In this document: one piece after another, positions 9,864 to 18,915 of the stretch
How positions within the stretch are numbered: position 1 is the first letter of the stretch
How the letters are laid out: the number at the start of each line of letters is the position of its first letter
Virus record (IMG/VR): IMGVR_UViG_2667527664_000002
Span: 15,911 to 79,910 of that record
DNA: 64,000 bases
Reading direction: 5' to 3' (one strand)
Source of the DNA: a virus
Lineage: Duplodnaviria; Caudoviricetes
Notes under the pieces: model-generated
The model's input: only the letters and a program-made list of their open reading frames with translations
Databases searched by the model: none
Told to the model about the DNA's origin: nothing
Program-made: the position numbers and the translations under genes

Positions 9864-10544
9864 CTATTTTTTTATTGGTTCATTGAAAGAAGGTGGGTTA
9901 ATATCCATCTTTGTATTATGATTGTTAGGTCCCGGACTAGATAAGTCAAAGTATAGTTTAGAATCTTCAGTAACTCCAAAGTCTCTATTTGAACCTGTAT
10001 CTTTAATCTTATTTAATGCATCTCTAAATAAAGCATTATGAGCTTCTTCTCTGTTAAGTAAGAAGTCTATTGTTTCTCTTACGTATTTATCTTCAATTTG
10101 TCTATATAAGTATTCATATACAACTTTTGCTCTTTGCTCTGATGCTATATTTGATAATAGATCTGCAACTAAGTCTCCTGTTACAGTAACATAATCAGCA
10201 GTCCAAGGTGCTCCTGAAGAGTTTATTAAAAATGGTGATAATCCACTTAATACATGAGTTTCTATTTCTCCAGAATCAACTGCTTGGTAGTCAACATCAT
10301 GTCCATTTAATAAATTTATTGTTTGAGCAACCATTTCCATATGGCTAAGTTCTTCCGCTGCTATATCTAGAAATAAGTCTTTTATCTCTTTATCTTTTAT
10401 TCTAAAACTTTGAGATAAATATTGCATTGCTGCTTTTAGCTCTCCATTTGCCCCTCCTAATTGTTCTTGCATTAAAACTGCATATTGAGGGTTTGGTCTT
10501 TCTACTTTTACTTCTCTAAACAATTTTTTATCGTGTTTAAACAT
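9864..10544 (-). CDS. Manganese catalase (CotJC/YdbD-like family)
   Basis: EQLGG..GEL.AAMQY, EELSH and REEAH motifs. Confidence 0.95.
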   Translation of the reverse strand: MFKHDKKLFREVKVERPNPQYAVLMQEQLGGANGELKAAMQYLSQSFRIKDKEIKDLFLDIAAEELSHMEMVAQTINLLNGHDVDYQAVDSGEIETHVLSGLSPFLINSSGAPWTADYVTVTGDLVADLLSNIASEQRAKVVYEYLYRQIEDKYVRETIDFLLNREEAHNALFRDALNKIKDTGSNRDFGVTEDSKLYFDLSSPGPNNHNTKMDINPPSFNEPIKK

Positions 10545-10575
10545 CAGCTATACCTCCAAAATTATAATTAGTAAT

Positions 10576-10605
10576 TATAATTTCCCTTAAGCTTTAGTAA
10601 TATAC
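10576..10605 (-). promoter_or_regulatory. Putative sigF (forespore) promoter of the Mn-catalase
   Basis: GTATA-N15-GGAAATTATA matches GYATA-N15-GGNNANNNTW. Confidence 0.5.
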
Positions 10606-10656
10606 AAATTTTTCTATAATTTATCATACTTTCAAGTTATTTATAAACCCTACCTT

Positions 10657-10800
10657 ATGAACATAACATATCTAATAGTGTGTTATATTCATTTTATCAA
10701 CTTATATACCCACTGTAGACTTAGTATTTACAATGATTTCAACCTTTATTTTTTCTAAGTAAAATAAACCAATATAACATTCTCTTTTTATGTTATATTC
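10657..10800. repeat. Two related inverted-repeat sites next to the tyrosine recombinase
   Basis: ATGAACATAACAT-N10-GTGTTATATTCAT (10657-10692) and AATATAACAT-N9-ATGTTATATT (10771-10799). Confidence 0.75.
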
Positions 10801-10814
10801 TAGATAAAATTAAA

Positions 10815-11363
10815 TTAAAAATATCTAAAGCTCTTATAAGCTTTATTCATTCTGTCTTGGTCTATACCTATATAATGCAAGGTTACAGCTGGAGATGAAT
10901 GATTAAATATCTTCTGAAGTAATGCTATATCTTTGGTTTGCTTATAGTAATGATATCCCCATGTTTTTCTCATACTATGAGTTCCTAAACAAGGAACATC
11001 AAATAGTTCTCCCAACTCTTTTAAAATCACATATGCCCTTTCTCTAGAGATAGGCCTATTATAGTTTTTACGTGATTTAATTAAAAAATCATCAGGATCC
11101 TTGTCCTCTACATAATCTTTAATTGCTCTTTTCAGTATTGGGTTTATCTCTATGAATTTTTGTTTCCCTGTTTTCTTTTCTCTTAAGACTATTTGCCTTT
11201 TATCTTTTACATCATATATTCTAAACTTTAATATATCGGATACTCTAAGACCTGTATATATACCCATCATAAATAGAAGGTAGTCTCTTTCATTTGTCTT
11301 TTTTAAATATGAACACATATTTTCTAATGTATCTAAATTTCTAATAGGTTCTACATAGTTCAT
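10815..11363 (-). CDS. Small tyrosine recombinase (catalytic domain only)
   Basis: TGLRVSD, K, HSMRKT, FNH and T..Y catalytic residues. Confidence 0.95.
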   Translation of the reverse strand: MNYVEPIRNLDTLENMCSYLKKTNERDYLLFMMGIYTGLRVSDILKFRIYDVKDKRQIVLREKKTGKQKFIEINPILKRAIKDYVEDKDPDDFLIKSRKNYNRPISRERAYVILKELGELFDVPCLGTHSMRKTWGYHYYKQTKDIALLQKIFNHSSPAVTLHYIGIDQDRMNKAYKSFRYF

Positions 11364-11410
11364 ATCTCACCACCCTAGATTTTATTTACCTAAAATACTA
11401 TAAATAAAAT

Positions 11411-11443
11411 AAAAAAGCCAGGTGAGAAAGTCCTGACTTTTTT
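11411..11443. terminator. Intrinsic terminator (identical copy at 52793-52825)
   Basis: AAAAAAGCCAGG-TGAGAAAGT-CCTGACTTTTTT. Confidence 0.7.
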
Positions 11444-11537
11444 GAACGTAATAAGTTGTTGCTAATAAATCTAATAAATGTAACTAGTTTATACTCCATA
11501 CCGCTACAGAGTGCTCTTAAGAGCCGTAAAGTTATAT

Positions 11538-11610
11538 TGGTGAGGGTTAAAAGGAATCGAACCTCTTATCTTCTAAATAAATAGCTATTTTGCCATTAAA
11601 CTATATCCTC
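11538..11610 (-). ncRNA. tRNA-like element with degenerate anticodon arm (copy 1)
   Basis: GAGGATA TA GTTTAATGGCAAAAT A GCTATTTATTTAGAAGAT AAGAGG TTCGATT CCTTTT AACCCTC A CCA: D-arm, T-loop and CCA intact; acceptor stem 5/7 paired. Confidence 0.75.
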
Positions 11611-11746
11611 ACGTTGCTAGGGTAAGTTTATACCCTAGCTATTATATAAAGAGGGGGTTATTAGGAAATAAGCAATTGGGTTATTTTAAATTTCCTATAC
11701 TACTATATTACCACCTCTGAATGTATAAAAAATCTTTACTTTGTCG

Positions 11747-12250
11747 CTAAAATGTAGCCAAAGTGTTGGCTTTGCTATTATTTTCATTAAATAATGGTAG
11801 TTCTTCATAATTTGGATACAACATACCCATAATTTTATAAACTAATCGCTCTCTTACTGTGTAGCAATGACTGCGATCCATGTGTAGCTTAAGGCTTATA
11901 TATTTCATATTATTTTTATTTTTGCTATTATAAAATAATTCAAAGAAATTAGTTTCATTAACATCTAAGCAACTTAATGAGTTTTCTATTTTCGCTTTCT
12001 CTATTTCTTTTTCTAATTTACTTTGCATCAATTTATCTATTTTCTTCTCTTTATCTATAACCTCTTTTTCAACAATTCTAGAAATATTATAAGTTTCACT
12101 TGTTCTTTCATCATAATTTATAGCTCCACAACCTCTATATCTCATTTTCTCTTTCTTTATATCTAATTCTATATTATTTATTTGAGCTTCTAGAAACTTA
12201 TAATTATGCAATCTTAATTCTACTTTTTTAAATAATTCTTTTTTATCCAT
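11747..12250 (-). CDS. Late transcriptional activator (ArpU/RinA-like)
   Basis: Typical N-terminus, C-terminal sigma4-like HTH, position upstream of late genes. Confidence 0.75.
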   Translation of the reverse strand: MDKKELFKKVELRLHNYKFLEAQINNIELDIKKEKMRYRGCGAINYDERTSETYNISRIVEKEVIDKEKKIDKLMQSKLEKEIEKAKIENSLSCLDVNETNFFELFYNSKNKNNMKYISLKLHMDRSHCYTVRERLVYKIMGMLYPNYEELPLFNENNSKANTLATF

Positions 12251-12274
12251 AGGCAGTCACTTCCCGTTTTTCTT

Positions 12275-12532
12275 TTAATCAATAATATCTTTCATTTCCT
12301 CTAGACATTTTTCACATATAAAAATATTTTTGATGTTTTTTAAATTCTCTTTTGATCCACATAAAATACACGAGTTATTATGTTTTTTAAGCTTAATAAT
12401 TCCATTTTCACATAATATTTCAACCGGATCATTTTCATTTATATTTAACATTTTTCTAAATTCCTTTGGTATTACGATTCTTCCTAGTGAATCGATATTT
12501 CTTACAATGCCTTTATTATTTTTGCCATTCAT
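12275..12532 (-). CDS. AbrB/SpoVT-family regulator with C-terminal CxxC...CxxC
   Basis: GIVRNIDSLGRIVIPKEFR; CILCG...ICEKC. Confidence 0.9.
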   Translation of the reverse strand: MNGKNNKGIVRNIDSLGRIVIPKEFRKMLNINENDPVEILCENGIIKLKKHNNSCILCGSKENLKNIKNIFICEKCLEEMKDIID

Positions 12533-12913
12533 ACTATCACTCCTAACATATTTCTAACAATTTCTATCAATAAAACTACCTATATAAATATATTTATCAT
12601 ATAAGGTAACCCTTGTATATCTATATGATTAATTATTATATACCCTTATTCTTAATTTTTACTTAATTAAAATAAATTTTATATAAACTTTCATAATAAA
12701 TTTAAATTTTATATTTAAATTTACTGAGTTTTTGAATATTTTTTAATAAATAGACAAATAATAAAATTGACATTTGAAGATATCAATAGATTTTACCCTT
12801 TAACAGTTTAAATGCAGTTTATTTAGACCATTTTCAAAATTTAACTCTCAATATCCAATTTCCAAAAGGACTAGTTAACTCTAGTCCTTTTTAACTCTAA
12901 ATAAAAAATATTT

Positions 12914-13012
12914 TCAACTTATACCTATACTAGCAAATAGCTTAAAACAAATTAAAATTGTAATAGCTATAACTATAGCAATTAATATAAATAGTTTGTC
13001 TCTATTTTTCAT
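12914..13012 (-). CDS. 32-aa single-TM peptide
   Basis: MKNRDKLFILIAIVIAITILICFKLFASIGIS; GGTGG RBS; terminator hairpin at ~12863-12892. Confidence 0.45.
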   Translation of the reverse strand: MKNRDKLFILIAIVIAITILICFKLFASIGIS

Positions 13013-13055
13013 ATTTTCCACCACCTATAACTTATCTTTCTTTTAATCTATAAAT

Positions 13056-13286
13056 TTATTCATCCTTATTTCCACCTCTGATCCCCCAAGCACTCATTAT
13101 TTTATCTGCACTTTCTGGAAACCTTAGCTTTCCATTGATCTCTTTACCACATATACATTGTGCCAGTGCCATATAATTTGGATATGTTTTATAGTCACTT
13201 GCTTTAAAGAATGTTTCTTTTACACTGGGTATACTAAGTCCTATTTCAACATACTTTAACTCTGTTGATTTACTCATTTTTATCAC
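13056..13286 (-). CDS. Hypothetical phage protein (homolog at 55121..55315)
   Basis: Shared KETFFK.SDYKTYPNYMALAQCICG. Confidence 0.7.
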   Translation of the reverse strand: MIKMSKSTELKYVEIGLSIPSVKETFFKASDYKTYPNYMALAQCICGKEINGKLRFPESADKIMSAWGIRGGNKDE

Positions 13287-13815
13287 CCCTTATTTTATAC
13301 TCAAGTTTATATCTCTTTCTAAAAAGTCTTTTAGCTTCTATTGCTTGATTTAAATTACCTCTGCTAGCATTTAAGTAATCACATGCTTTATTAACACTAT
13401 CAAACTCTATAGTCTCATTTTTCAATTTATCTATAACTATCAACGGCTTTCTTTCAACTTCTCTTATAGTTTCTAAAGCTTGTATCCTAAATCTTTTTCT
13501 AAATAATCTATTGTGCTTTATATAAGTTGTTATATCTGCCCTTCTCATATCTAGAAATTTACAACAATCATCTAATCCATCAAACTCCATTTCTTTCTCT
13601 TCTACTTCATCTACTACCTTAACTTTATAATTATAATTCTGTTTAGGTTTAATATTTCTATAATGTCCTCCCTTATCATCTTTAGGATCATCAAGTACTA
13701 TATGTTTAATAGCTTTTCCTATACTTAAACTTGGATTTAATATACAAGCTAATAAAGCAAGATAGTTATCTGTAAAATCAAAATCACAAGAATTAGAATA
13801 TTTCACTCTAATCAC
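13270..13815 (-). CDS. DNA-binding protein with two NUMOD1-like repeats
   Basis: EFD....C.FL repeats; N-terminus shared with 55838..56203. Confidence 0.6.
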   Translation of the reverse strand: MIRVKYSNSCDFDFTDNYLALLACILNPSLSIGKAIKHIVLDDPKDDKGGHYRNIKPKQNYNYKVKVVDEVEEKEMEFDGLDDCCKFLDMRRADITTYIKHNRLFRKRFRIQALETIREVERKPLIVIDKLKNETIEFDSVNKACDYLNASRGNLNQAIEAKRLFRKRYKLEYKIRGDKNE

Positions 13816-13977
13816 CCCTATTTAGTTTTTTTTGTTTTATATTTAAATCTATAAATAATAATCTAATTTCTTTCTTATTATTTAAAATATGACATATTCT
13901 TAGTAATCCATTTTTTTATTTTAGATAAACTTTTATAATATATTCTGAATTTATAGTTTTTCCTCTACACATAATAA

Positions 13978-14454
13978 TTGTATAAAGGAGGTGAATATAT
14001 GTTTATAAAGAAATTAAGCATTATATTTTCAATTGTATTAATTCTATTTACAATAAATATAAATACAACATATGCATTTAATTCTCTAGCTCCACATCCA
14101 ATTCAAAACGAATATATTAAAGAATTAGAAATAATAGATAATTATATGTATTTATTGGTACAATCTGTTGCTACAAAAAAGATTGATCCTACTAAAGCCA
14201 ATAAAGATATTACATTTATAGAAACATTAATCGATAGTCTAACTAATAAAACTTCAATGCTTTCTAAAAAAGATAATGATGTTATCCTATCTATGCAAGT
14301 CATATTAAACTATTACAAAATTTCTATAATAAATATAAAGGTTTATATAGATAAAAATGATGCTGATAGATTAATAGATTCTATAACTTCTTTTTCTTTA
14401 GGTTATAACTCTTCATCAACCTTAAGAGGTATTATAGGAAAAGCGAAACAATAA
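13978..14454 (+). CDS. Secreted moron protein (likely start 13999)
   Basis: Signal peptide ending TYA; opposite strand to neighbours; AAGGAGG RBS. Confidence 0.7.
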   Translation: MYKGGEYMFIKKLSIIFSIVLILFTININTTYAFNSLAPHPIQNEYIKELEIIDNYMYLLVQSVATKKIDPTKANKDITFIETLIDSLTNKTSMLSKKDNDVILSMQVILNYYKISIINIKVYIDKNDADRLIDSITSFSLGYNSSSTLRGIIGKAKQ

Positions 14455-14527
14455 GTTCTCGCTTTTCTTATATAAATTACAAACTCATCTCTACTAGGTA
14501 TTTTTTATCCTAACCTTAAAGATAAAC

Positions 14528-14710
14528 TTACCAAACTCTATATTCTCTTTTGAATACCTCTAAAGCTTCTAACCATGCTTCTTGTTCTGTTATACCTCTA
14601 TCTTTTGCTATCTGCTTTGCTATGTCTCTAAGAATCTTAGCTGCTTCTATTATTCCCATAGTTTCTATCACTCCTAATTTCCTTTTTTTGAACTTAACTT
14701 GTCTTTGCAT
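14528..14710 (-). CDS. Small hypothetical phage protein
   Basis: ORF in early operon. Confidence 0.5.
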   Translation of the reverse strand: MQRQVKFKKRKLGVIETMGIIEAAKILRDIAKQIAKDRGITEQEAWLEALEVFKREYRVW

Positions 14711-15357
14711 ATTTTATGTATATACTTCCAATATCCCTCGCTGCCTTTTGGTGATTTAATTGTTCCATCTTCAACAGATATATCTACTGCTAAAACTATA
14801 CTTTTTAGTTCACTATCAGATAATTTATACATACCTTTTATACTATTCAAATCTGTGGATAAATTTACACTATTTACTCTATCAATAGATATAGTATTAG
14901 GATATGGTAATAGGGTCTTTTGTTCGGGATTTAAATCCGTACCGTAAGGATTTATATCCGTACCCTCGGGATTTATTTCCGATAGCTTCGGATTTAAATC
15001 CGATGTCCTATAGTTAGTATCTATTAATAATTTATAGTTTCTACCTAGAGCATAATAAGAATATGTCCCTCCTATTTTTACTGTTTTATGTTTTAATATT
15101 CCTATCTTACACATTTTCTTTAGTCTTCTATAAACTGTATCTTTTTTCATCTTTGTAATAGGTATATCCTCTGTTACACCATCATACTTAATCCAATAAT
15201 ACTTATCATCTGAAATGATCTTTGATATCATTCTTTCACTATCTTTAAATTTTACAAACCATTTTAGTATCAACAGATCTCTATCATCTAATTCAAGTTC
15301 TATTGCTTTTTCTTGGCTAAATCCATGTATGCTATACTCCAAGAAACTCACCCCCAC
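14674..15357 (-). CDS. Replication initiator (wHTH)
   Basis: N-terminal wHTH; internal DNA iterons. Confidence 0.8.
   Translation of the reverse strand: MGVSFLEYSIHGFSQEKAIELELDDRDLLILKWFVKFKDSERMISKIISDDKYYWIKYDGVTEDIPITKMKKDTVYRRLKKMCKIGILKHKTVKIGGTYSYYALGRNYKLLIDTNYRTSDLNPKLSEINPEGTDINPYGTDLNPEQKTLLPYPNTISIDRVNSVNLSTDLNSIKGMYKLSDSELKSIVLAVDISVEDGTIKSPKGSEGYWKYIHKICKDKLSSKKGN
14925..15002. repeat. Replication origin iterons (4 x 21 bp)
   Basis: GGATTTA(A/T)(A/T)TCCG at 14927, 14948, 14969 and 14990. Confidence 0.8.
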
Positions 15358-15658
15358 TTTATTTAAATCTATTAATTTATAAGTTTTTACTTGTAGTTAT
15401 ATCTATCTACATATATAATTAAATTGGAATTTTTTATTTGGGTCCTCCTGGACTCTTTTTTTATTTTTATTAAATTAATGTTATGAAATACTGTGTTTAA
15501 CAATCTTGCTTGTCCTCTTTTTGCTTATTATATGCTTTTAATTCATCAAATTTATTATCTAGTTCTTGTCCTAAATAACTATATTTTTTCATAAAACTTT
15601 GAAGTATTTTTATACTCATTTAACTCACTCCTTGTACAAATTTTCATTGCCAAAGAGC

Positions 15659-15925
15659 CTAAGCTCCTTGTTTATCGTTATATTCTTTAATCGCTATTTC
15701 TTTAGCTTCTTCATAACTCAAACCAGTTTCTTCTAACTCCTTTGTTCTAATCCATATTGGGTAAGCTATACTCAATGCTTCATCCCCATATTTTTCTCTT
15801 TGTCTATCAAGTATCCATTTAGCTTTTCTTCTTTCTATTTCCTCAATCCAATATGGATCTTCTGGGTAAACTACCTCAACTTTTATTTCTCTGCTTTTTC
15901 TTGGTGCCATTGCAACCACCCCCAC
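15659..15925 (-). CDS. Hypothetical early protein
   Basis: ORF with RBS downstream of the antirepressor. Confidence 0.6.
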   Translation of the reverse strand: MGVVAMAPRKSREIKVEVVYPEDPYWIEEIERRKAKWILDRQREKYGDEALSIAYPIWIRTKELEETGLSYEEAKEIAIKEYNDKQGA

Positions 15926-15961
15926 TAAATTTTATGTTTATTAAAAATTGTCCTATGCAAT

Positions 15962-16573
15962 TTATCTTGATTTACTAACTTCCAAATCCACTTTTACAGT
16001 AACTTTTGATTTTTCAAGTTCTTCTCTTTGTTCTGCTATTACAATTGTTTTGATATAATTTCTCAATCTTAAAACCTCTAACTCTTCTTCTTTTTGCTTT
16101 AAAAGAATTTCTTTGCTTTCTAGAGTTTTATTTAAAATTTTTACAGCTTTTTCTAAGATTATTTTTTCATCGTCTTCGTTGGATATTGGAATATATCCAC
16201 CAGTAAGTCGTATCTGTTTTAATATTTTCTTAATTTCCTTTTTTAACTTCTTAGCGATAGGTTTTCTACTTTGCATTAAAACTTCATAAAGTCCATCTTC
16301 TGTTAAAAACCAACTTACCCTATTATTAATTGGGTTAGCTTTTTTAACTTTTTCTTCATCATCTACAACTCTTAACATAGCACTTACATCTCTGTTTCCT
16401 TTACTATCAAATCCATACTCTATCCAATTCGCTACATCCTTTGCTAAAAATAGTGGTGTTTCTATCTCACCAAAAGTTATTATATTTTTTTCTAAAACTT
16501 TTCTTTTATCTAAAATTTTTAGATTATTCATATGCTCCACCTTTCCTAAATGTACTATTAGTACATTAGTCAT
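15962..16573 (-). CDS. BRO-N antirepressor (likely start ~16531)
   Basis: PLFLAKDVA and FLTEDGLYEVLMQSRKP motifs. Confidence 0.9.
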   Translation of the reverse strand: MTNVLIVHLGKVEHMNNLKILDKRKVLEKNIITFGEIETPLFLAKDVANWIEYGFDSKGNRDVSAMLRVVDDEEKVKKANPINNRVSWFLTEDGLYEVLMQSRKPIAKKLKKEIKKILKQIRLTGGYIPISNEDDEKIILEKAVKILNKTLESKEILLKQKEEELEVLRLRNYIKTIVIAEQREELEKSKVTVKVDLEVSKSR

Positions 16574-16873
16574 TTAAAAAAATATCCTCTATTGTAGTAT
16601 CAAAAATTTTAGCTATTTTAAATGCTATATCTAATGATGGAGTTCTCTCTCCTTTCTCTAAGAACGCTATATACCTTGGTGTTACACCTAATAATTCTCC
16701 TAATTGAGTCTGAGTCATCTTATTTATATTCCTCAAATATTTTATTTTATTCAATCTCCCTTCTCCTTTTTAATAATTGTTTATGTACTAATAGTACAGT
16801 ACTTTTAGTACATAGTCAATAGATTTTATAGATTTTATACGATATAATTTATATTGTTAGAACTTTTAGTTCA
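16551..16873. promoter_or_regulatory. Four repressor operators WGWACT-N3-AGTWCA
   Basis: At 16551-16565, 16784-16798, 16798-16812 and 16859-16873. Confidence 0.75.
16566..16754 (-). CDS. Cro-like HTH regulator
   Basis: XRE HTH, divergent from the repressor. Confidence 0.9.
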   Translation of the reverse strand: MNKIKYLRNINKMTQTQLGELLGVTPRYIAFLEKGERTPSLDIAFKIAKIFDTTIEDIFLND

Positions 16874-16920
16874 TACTTAATGTCATTACCAATTTTAGAA
16901 TAGAGAGTAGGTCGTTTTAT

Positions 16921-17331
16921 ATGATAGGTAAAAGAATAAAAGAGCTTAGAGCTCAAAAAGATGTAACTCAGAAAGAGTTAGCTGACTTTATTGGACTAAC
17001 TCCTAAAATGATATCATTTTATGAAAAGGAAGAAAGATTTCCTCCTCATGATATAATATTGAAATTATCTGATTTCTTCGATGTATCAACAGATTATTTA
17101 CTTGGAAAATCCAATGTACGTGATATTAAATCTAATGATAATTTAATTGTTATAAAAGAAAATGAAAAAGATGTAGAAGAATTATTAGAAGAAACTATGT
17201 CTCAAATTTTGGATCAAAAAGGTCTTATGCTTAATGGTCAAATAGTTGATGATAACGATCTTGTTCTTTTAAGAAATGCAATTAGAAATGGAATTGAATT
17301 AGCTAAAACTATGCAAAAGTCTAAGAAATAA
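16921..17331 (+). CDS. CI/ImmR-like repressor
   Basis: XRE HTH ending VSTDYLLG. Confidence 0.9.
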   Translation: MIGKRIKELRAQKDVTQKELADFIGLTPKMISFYEKEERFPPHDIILKLSDFFDVSTDYLLGKSNVRDIKSNDNLIVIKENEKDVEELLEETMSQILDQKGLMLNGQIVDDNDLVLLRNAIRNGIELAKTMQKSKK

Positions 17332-17334
17332 GGG

Positions 17335-17793
17335 GTGTTAAATTTGAGTAGTATTAAAAATACAGTAAATAATTTAGTAACTAAGTTTAAAACAAGAAAT
17401 CCATTTGAGTTATGTGACTACTTAAACATCCCTATTCTTCATGAGCCTTTAGGCAATATTAAAGGCTTCTTTCAAAATACACTTAATACTCCTATAATTC
17501 ATTTAAATTCTAATTTAGATGAACATGAGATTAAGTGTGTTATTTCTCATGAGCTTGGTCATGCAATTTTACATAAAGATCTTAATGTTTGCTTTTTAAA
17601 GCACTATACATTTTCAGTTACAGATAGATATGAAAATGAGGCAAATAAATTCACAGCGGAGTTATTGATAGATGATAATATGCTTATCGATTTTATGGAG
17701 GTAAATAATATAATTACAATTGATGAATTAAGTAAATACTTTTGTGTTCCTAAGGAATTTATCATATATAAATTTAAAACATTTTCTATATAA
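17335..17793 (+). CDS. ImmA/IrrE metallopeptidase
   Basis: HELGH motif; E.EAN.F motif. Confidence 0.9.
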   Translation: MLNLSSIKNTVNNLVTKFKTRNPFELCDYLNIPILHEPLGNIKGFFQNTLNTPIIHLNSNLDEHEIKCVISHELGHAILHKDLNVCFLKHYTFSVTDRYENEANKFTAELLIDDNMLIDFMEVNNIITIDELSKYFCVPKEFIIYKFKTFSI

Positions 17794-17842
17794 AATAAAG
17801 AAGTATTAATTTTTTTAATTAATACTTCTTTATTTTATATAG
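17786..17842. terminator. Bidirectional terminator, 26-bp perfect inverted repeat
   Basis: Between convergent immA and GNAT genes. Confidence 0.75.
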
Positions 17843-17862
17843 ATATAGTTTATATTGATAAC

Positions 17863-18915
17863 TTATCTAACATATCCTAAGTTAGTATTTGTCTCTCTAA
17901 TTACATGTTCTAATTGTTGATTACTAATTTGTAAAAATCCTGGATATGCATCTCTATCTAATCCAATCTTATTTATTAAATCATGTCTAGTCATTCTTTT
18001 AGTTAGAGCTATATTATATGTCATTTTTATAGTAAAAAATTCATATCTACTATCATATAAGTTTTTTAACTCTGAATCCGTAAATATACTATAATTTTTA
18101 CAATATCTTTTATAATCTTCAAATGATGCAAAACTCCTGTTAGCTCTCACCTCATCAACTACACAAACACTAGTAGCTACAGATCTATACTCTGCTTGAC
18201 CTTCAATATCTGTAGATCTGTATATTAAGATATTATCTCCTTTCTTTAAACGATTCACACCTTTCATTCTGCATATATATATTTTTTCAATACTATTAGT
18301 ATGTGATACATCTTCTACTATATCAATTGATTCTGTATTTAATCTAGAATCTGGAAATAATCTAGTGTGATATTTAGGATATATAGATAATAAATAAGCA
18401 TCTGAATTTTTATCTATAATAGGGTAATTTTTTCTACAATCACTATTTTTTTCGCTTAAGTCTTTTAATAAAACCAACTCACATCCATCACTAGTCTTCT
18501 TTTTACCATATTTCTTAAATCCATATTTCTCATAAAGTTTAATCAACCCTTCATGTTTACTAAATACAGTTACATATATATTTTTTATGTTATTCTTAAT
18601 AGCAAAGTCTAAAGCCTTCTTTATGAAACGTTCTCCTAGTCTAGTTCCATGAGCATCAATCTTCATGGTACCTATCTTTACTACTCTATCATAATTTATA
18701 ATAGGTTCAACATCTGTTATAGGTTCTTCCTCTATTTTAAGATATAAAAAACCTTCTATTTTTCCATTTATAGTCTGTATATATGCCTTTTCATTTTTTT
18801 CTGATTTTCCATTAAACCATCCTTCAAATTTTGTATAATCAGTTTTAAGAGAATCGAAGAATGGGTCATTTAAGTTTATATCTTTAAAACTCTCATATAA
18901 AAATCTATATTTCAT
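17863..18915 (-). CDS. GNAT acetyltransferase fused to an EVE/ASCH(PUA)-like domain
   Basis: KIGTMKI..HGTRLGERF and LYEKYGF (GNAT); SIYPKYHTRLFP and LKKGD.ILIYRS (PUA-like). Confidence 0.8.
   Translation of the reverse strand: MKYRFLYESFKDINLNDPFFDSLKTDYTKFEGWFNGKSEKNEKAYIQTINGKIEGFLYLKIEEEPITDVEPIINYDRVVKIGTMKIDAHGTRLGERFIKKALDFAIKNNIKNIYVTVFSKHEGLIKLYEKYGFKKYGKKKTSDGCELVLLKDLSEKNSDCRKNYPIIDKNSDAYLLSIYPKYHTRLFPDSRLNTESIDIVEDVSHTNSIEKIYICRMKGVNRLKKGDNILIYRSTDIEGQAEYRSVATSVCVVDEVRANRSFASFEDYKRYCKNYSIFTDSELKNLYDSRYEFFTIKMTYNIALTKRMTRHDLINKIGLDRDAYPGFLQISNQQLEHVIRETNTNLGYVR

Noticed and set aside
11538-11610. Calling the tRNA-like elements functional or suppressor tRNAs
   Set aside because: Neither copy has a 5-bp stem with 7-nt anticodon loop, and both have acceptor-stem mismatches.
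14925-15002. CRISPR-like array
   Set aside because: 21-bp period inside a coding replication gene fits iterons; no spacer-length unique segments and no cas genes in the window.
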